A stretch of 64,000 bases of DNA. Source: Basidiobolus meristosporus CBS 931.73 (Eukaryota; Fungi; Basidiobolomycota). Positions within the stretch are counted from its first letter, which is position 1. Each line of letters starts with the position of its first letter. The stretch spans positions 62,001 to 126,000 of the forward strand of contig MCFE01000199.1 of NCBI GenBank assembly GCA_002104905.1, read 5' to 3'. Positions 61,755-64,000 of the stretch are shown here, piece by piece. Made by a program: the position numbers and the translations under genes. Under the pieces are notes generated by a model. It saw only the letters and a list, made by a program, of their open reading frames with translations. It was not told the origin of the DNA and ran no database searches.

Positions 61755-63797
61755 AGAGTCATAGAAAAGTGCGTTACAGCAGATACACTAATTGAATGGT
61801 GCATTTAATGGAGTTGCTTGTTCAGTGTGGGGTTGAGCTTAATTCCAGCTTTGGATGTAAGGACTTGTATAGGTTATTATAGTTTGCAACTAAGTTCTCA
61901 TTGCTGATAGAATGGAAATAAACCAATTTGTATGCATGAAATGTAAGAGAATTGGTTAACTCCAGAAGTGAGGAGTTTGCAAAAAAGGCAATAATCAATT
62001 ATTGTACACTGACACAGGAGGTGATTCAGTGTTGGGGATCAGAAGGTGTCAGTGCAGGCAGAGAACCAATTTAAAGCCACTTAAGTTAAATGAGCCCTTT
62101 GAGATGCCAATGAAGTTTGAAGGAATTGGCAAGATATACTGAGTATCTGCTATCAGAGTACTTCTTACTTGCTCCAATCAATATTCAAACATATGTGCTG
62201 TGATACACATGTAAACATTAGATCAGCAAGATATATACCTCAAGTAGCCTTCTAAAGCCATTTCCACCAGGAGTACATCAGAAGTATTGAGAGCTATCTC
62301 TTGACAACATTGGAGTATTTTAGTATCCAATAGCTGCGCACTAAACTCTGAAATAGCTTACCTACAACTTTTATACAATGAGTTTATCACAAGAACTAAG
62401 TGGCCATACTGCAGGCATAATGCTGAATATGTAGATACCTGACACTGCTGCTTCCATTCTTTGCTCTATCTTGCTTGGTGTGTGAAGAATCTCAGGCCTT
62501 GCTTCTCCTTTGGGTAATCTTTGGTGAAGTGGAGGTATTAGTAGATAGAAAGATATGCCAGGTTGCAGGCTACTACTAAATCTTAACCCTATCAAGAATA
62601 TAGCCGTCATGTGCATATGGAGACACCTTTAACTTTGGCATTCAAAGGCTAAGTATCCCCAATATGTGGGTAATCTGGCTAGTAATACAGGATTGGGTTG
62701 GACACAACAAATAACTAATTGTAATTGGATCAGCTTTAACAAAGTATTTAGGCTTCTCCTGGTAATAAGCCAGCTTCTATACCATTGGGTACAGAATTCA
62801 CACATAAAAGGCTCAGAGCACACCAAATAACATTAATAGAATCCAGCAGGGAGAAGAAATAAATTGGCTAAGTATCAAAGAGTACCCTAAGAAGAAAAAC
62901 AGAAAAGGTCTGCAAAATGCTCTTGTGATGTTGGCTCAATTCCAAATTTCTCAAAATTGACAACTCTCATTATCTCTGTTTTTAGTTGATAGGCAGGCAA
63001 GCAAACAAAATGCGTAGGTGGAGACTAGGCCAACTGGCATCCATACCAAATTTGGTAATTAGCTGCCTGTTACTCCCATCAAAAGTTGCATTGGATATTT
63101 TTTCAACTTAAAACAACACCTGTATACCAGCAAAACACCATTAGAATACCGCCTGAAATCAGATGAGTTCCAAGTTTACAATTTTTCATAGGGGTACTTT
63201 GCAAATATCACAAGGTTCTCATGACAAAAGTAACAGCAACCAAGCATATGCTTACAAGCTATATATGCTACCACCAGGAAGGGCATAAAGCCATAATGCA
63301 AGTAAAAAACTAAAAAGCCATATCATGGAGGAGGAAGAAGTGTGCCAGTTGCAGCTGGTGTGCACATAGGTAGGGTTAATAAGGAGAAGGCAATACCTAC
63401 TTTGGATACAGATTTTATGGGGAACACCCATTGTAGGAGTGGGGAAGCAAGTAAAGAGCAGCAAATCTACAGCTATATATTCAAGCAGTGCAACAGGAGG
63501 TAGAAAAAGGAAGTGCTGAGTGGTAAGTTGGTCCAGTAGCGTTATAAAGTACTAGCTTTAGGCTGCCATTGTCATGCCAATAAAGGTCTGCAAAGAAACT
63601 GCCAAAACAGTATCAGTTTCTTTACCATATGAGGCAATTGAATTTATTGGTCTGTTAGGTCTGCACAAACTAACATAGACCACAAATGGACTGTCAAAAT
63701 GCTATACAACTCTTGCAAGAAGACTGTCTCAATACCATGTAGTTAATAATTCTATTTGATAGTAAAACTAACAACACACCATCCCAATTCTAACATA

Positions 63798-64000
63798 CCC
63801 TATGAAAAATAATTTGGTCCTGCAGGTGGATCCAATCCAGATCAACCAGGAGGATCCTGTTTAGAGATCATCCTAATACCAGCAGCTTAGAATTAGTGAC
63901 CCTCTTGACAATCTTATAATGGGATCACAACAGTGGTTTACTAATTTTACTACCAAATTAAGGGATAAATTTGACAAGATTTAATTGGTGCTGTGACAAA
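63798..64000 (-). mobile_element. CACTA terminus, element running off the window
   Basis: CCCTATGAAAAATAATTTGGTCCTGCAGG matches 23784 onward. Confidence 0.85.

Noticed and set aside
62200-63780. Possible novel gene or LINE
   Set aside because: Only short ORFs; parts match decayed CACTA sequence (e.g. ~62820-62860, 63480-63650, TIR-like TTTTTCATAGGG at ~63193); the rest is unassignable by eye

Overview
Gene-free, repeat-saturated eukaryotic DNA, most likely fungal (inferred from the Ty3/Gypsy and CACTA types; the taxon cannot be proven from sequence). No host protein gene, RNA gene or CRISPR array is supported. The window is a nest of transposons. (i) One CACTA/EnSpm family (CCCTATGAAAA termini, Tnp2 transposase plus a divergent ORF2) is present in many decayed copies, with one complete copy at 23784-29392. 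(ii) There are four Ty3/Gypsy families (A 15716-23290, B, C, D 5037-13453); family B forms a ~12.3 kb head-to-head inverted pair (32306-44588) and two solo LTRs. (iii) One full Ty1/Copia (55738-60236) has three extra LTRs, and a second Copia survives as a fragment. (iv) A 733-bp foldback element sits at 17459-18191. CpG is strongly depleted and most lesions are CpG transitions, consistent with 5mC silencing. The standout foreign segment is a ~1.9 kb, C-rich/G-poor, CpG-retaining piece (46740-48642) encoding the C-terminal half of a MutS7 (MutS ATPase + HNH), typical of giant DNA viruses, inserted in-frame into ORF2 of a CACTA copy. Also notable: a CG-centred target-site preference in Ty3 family B, and inverted repeats at three scales.
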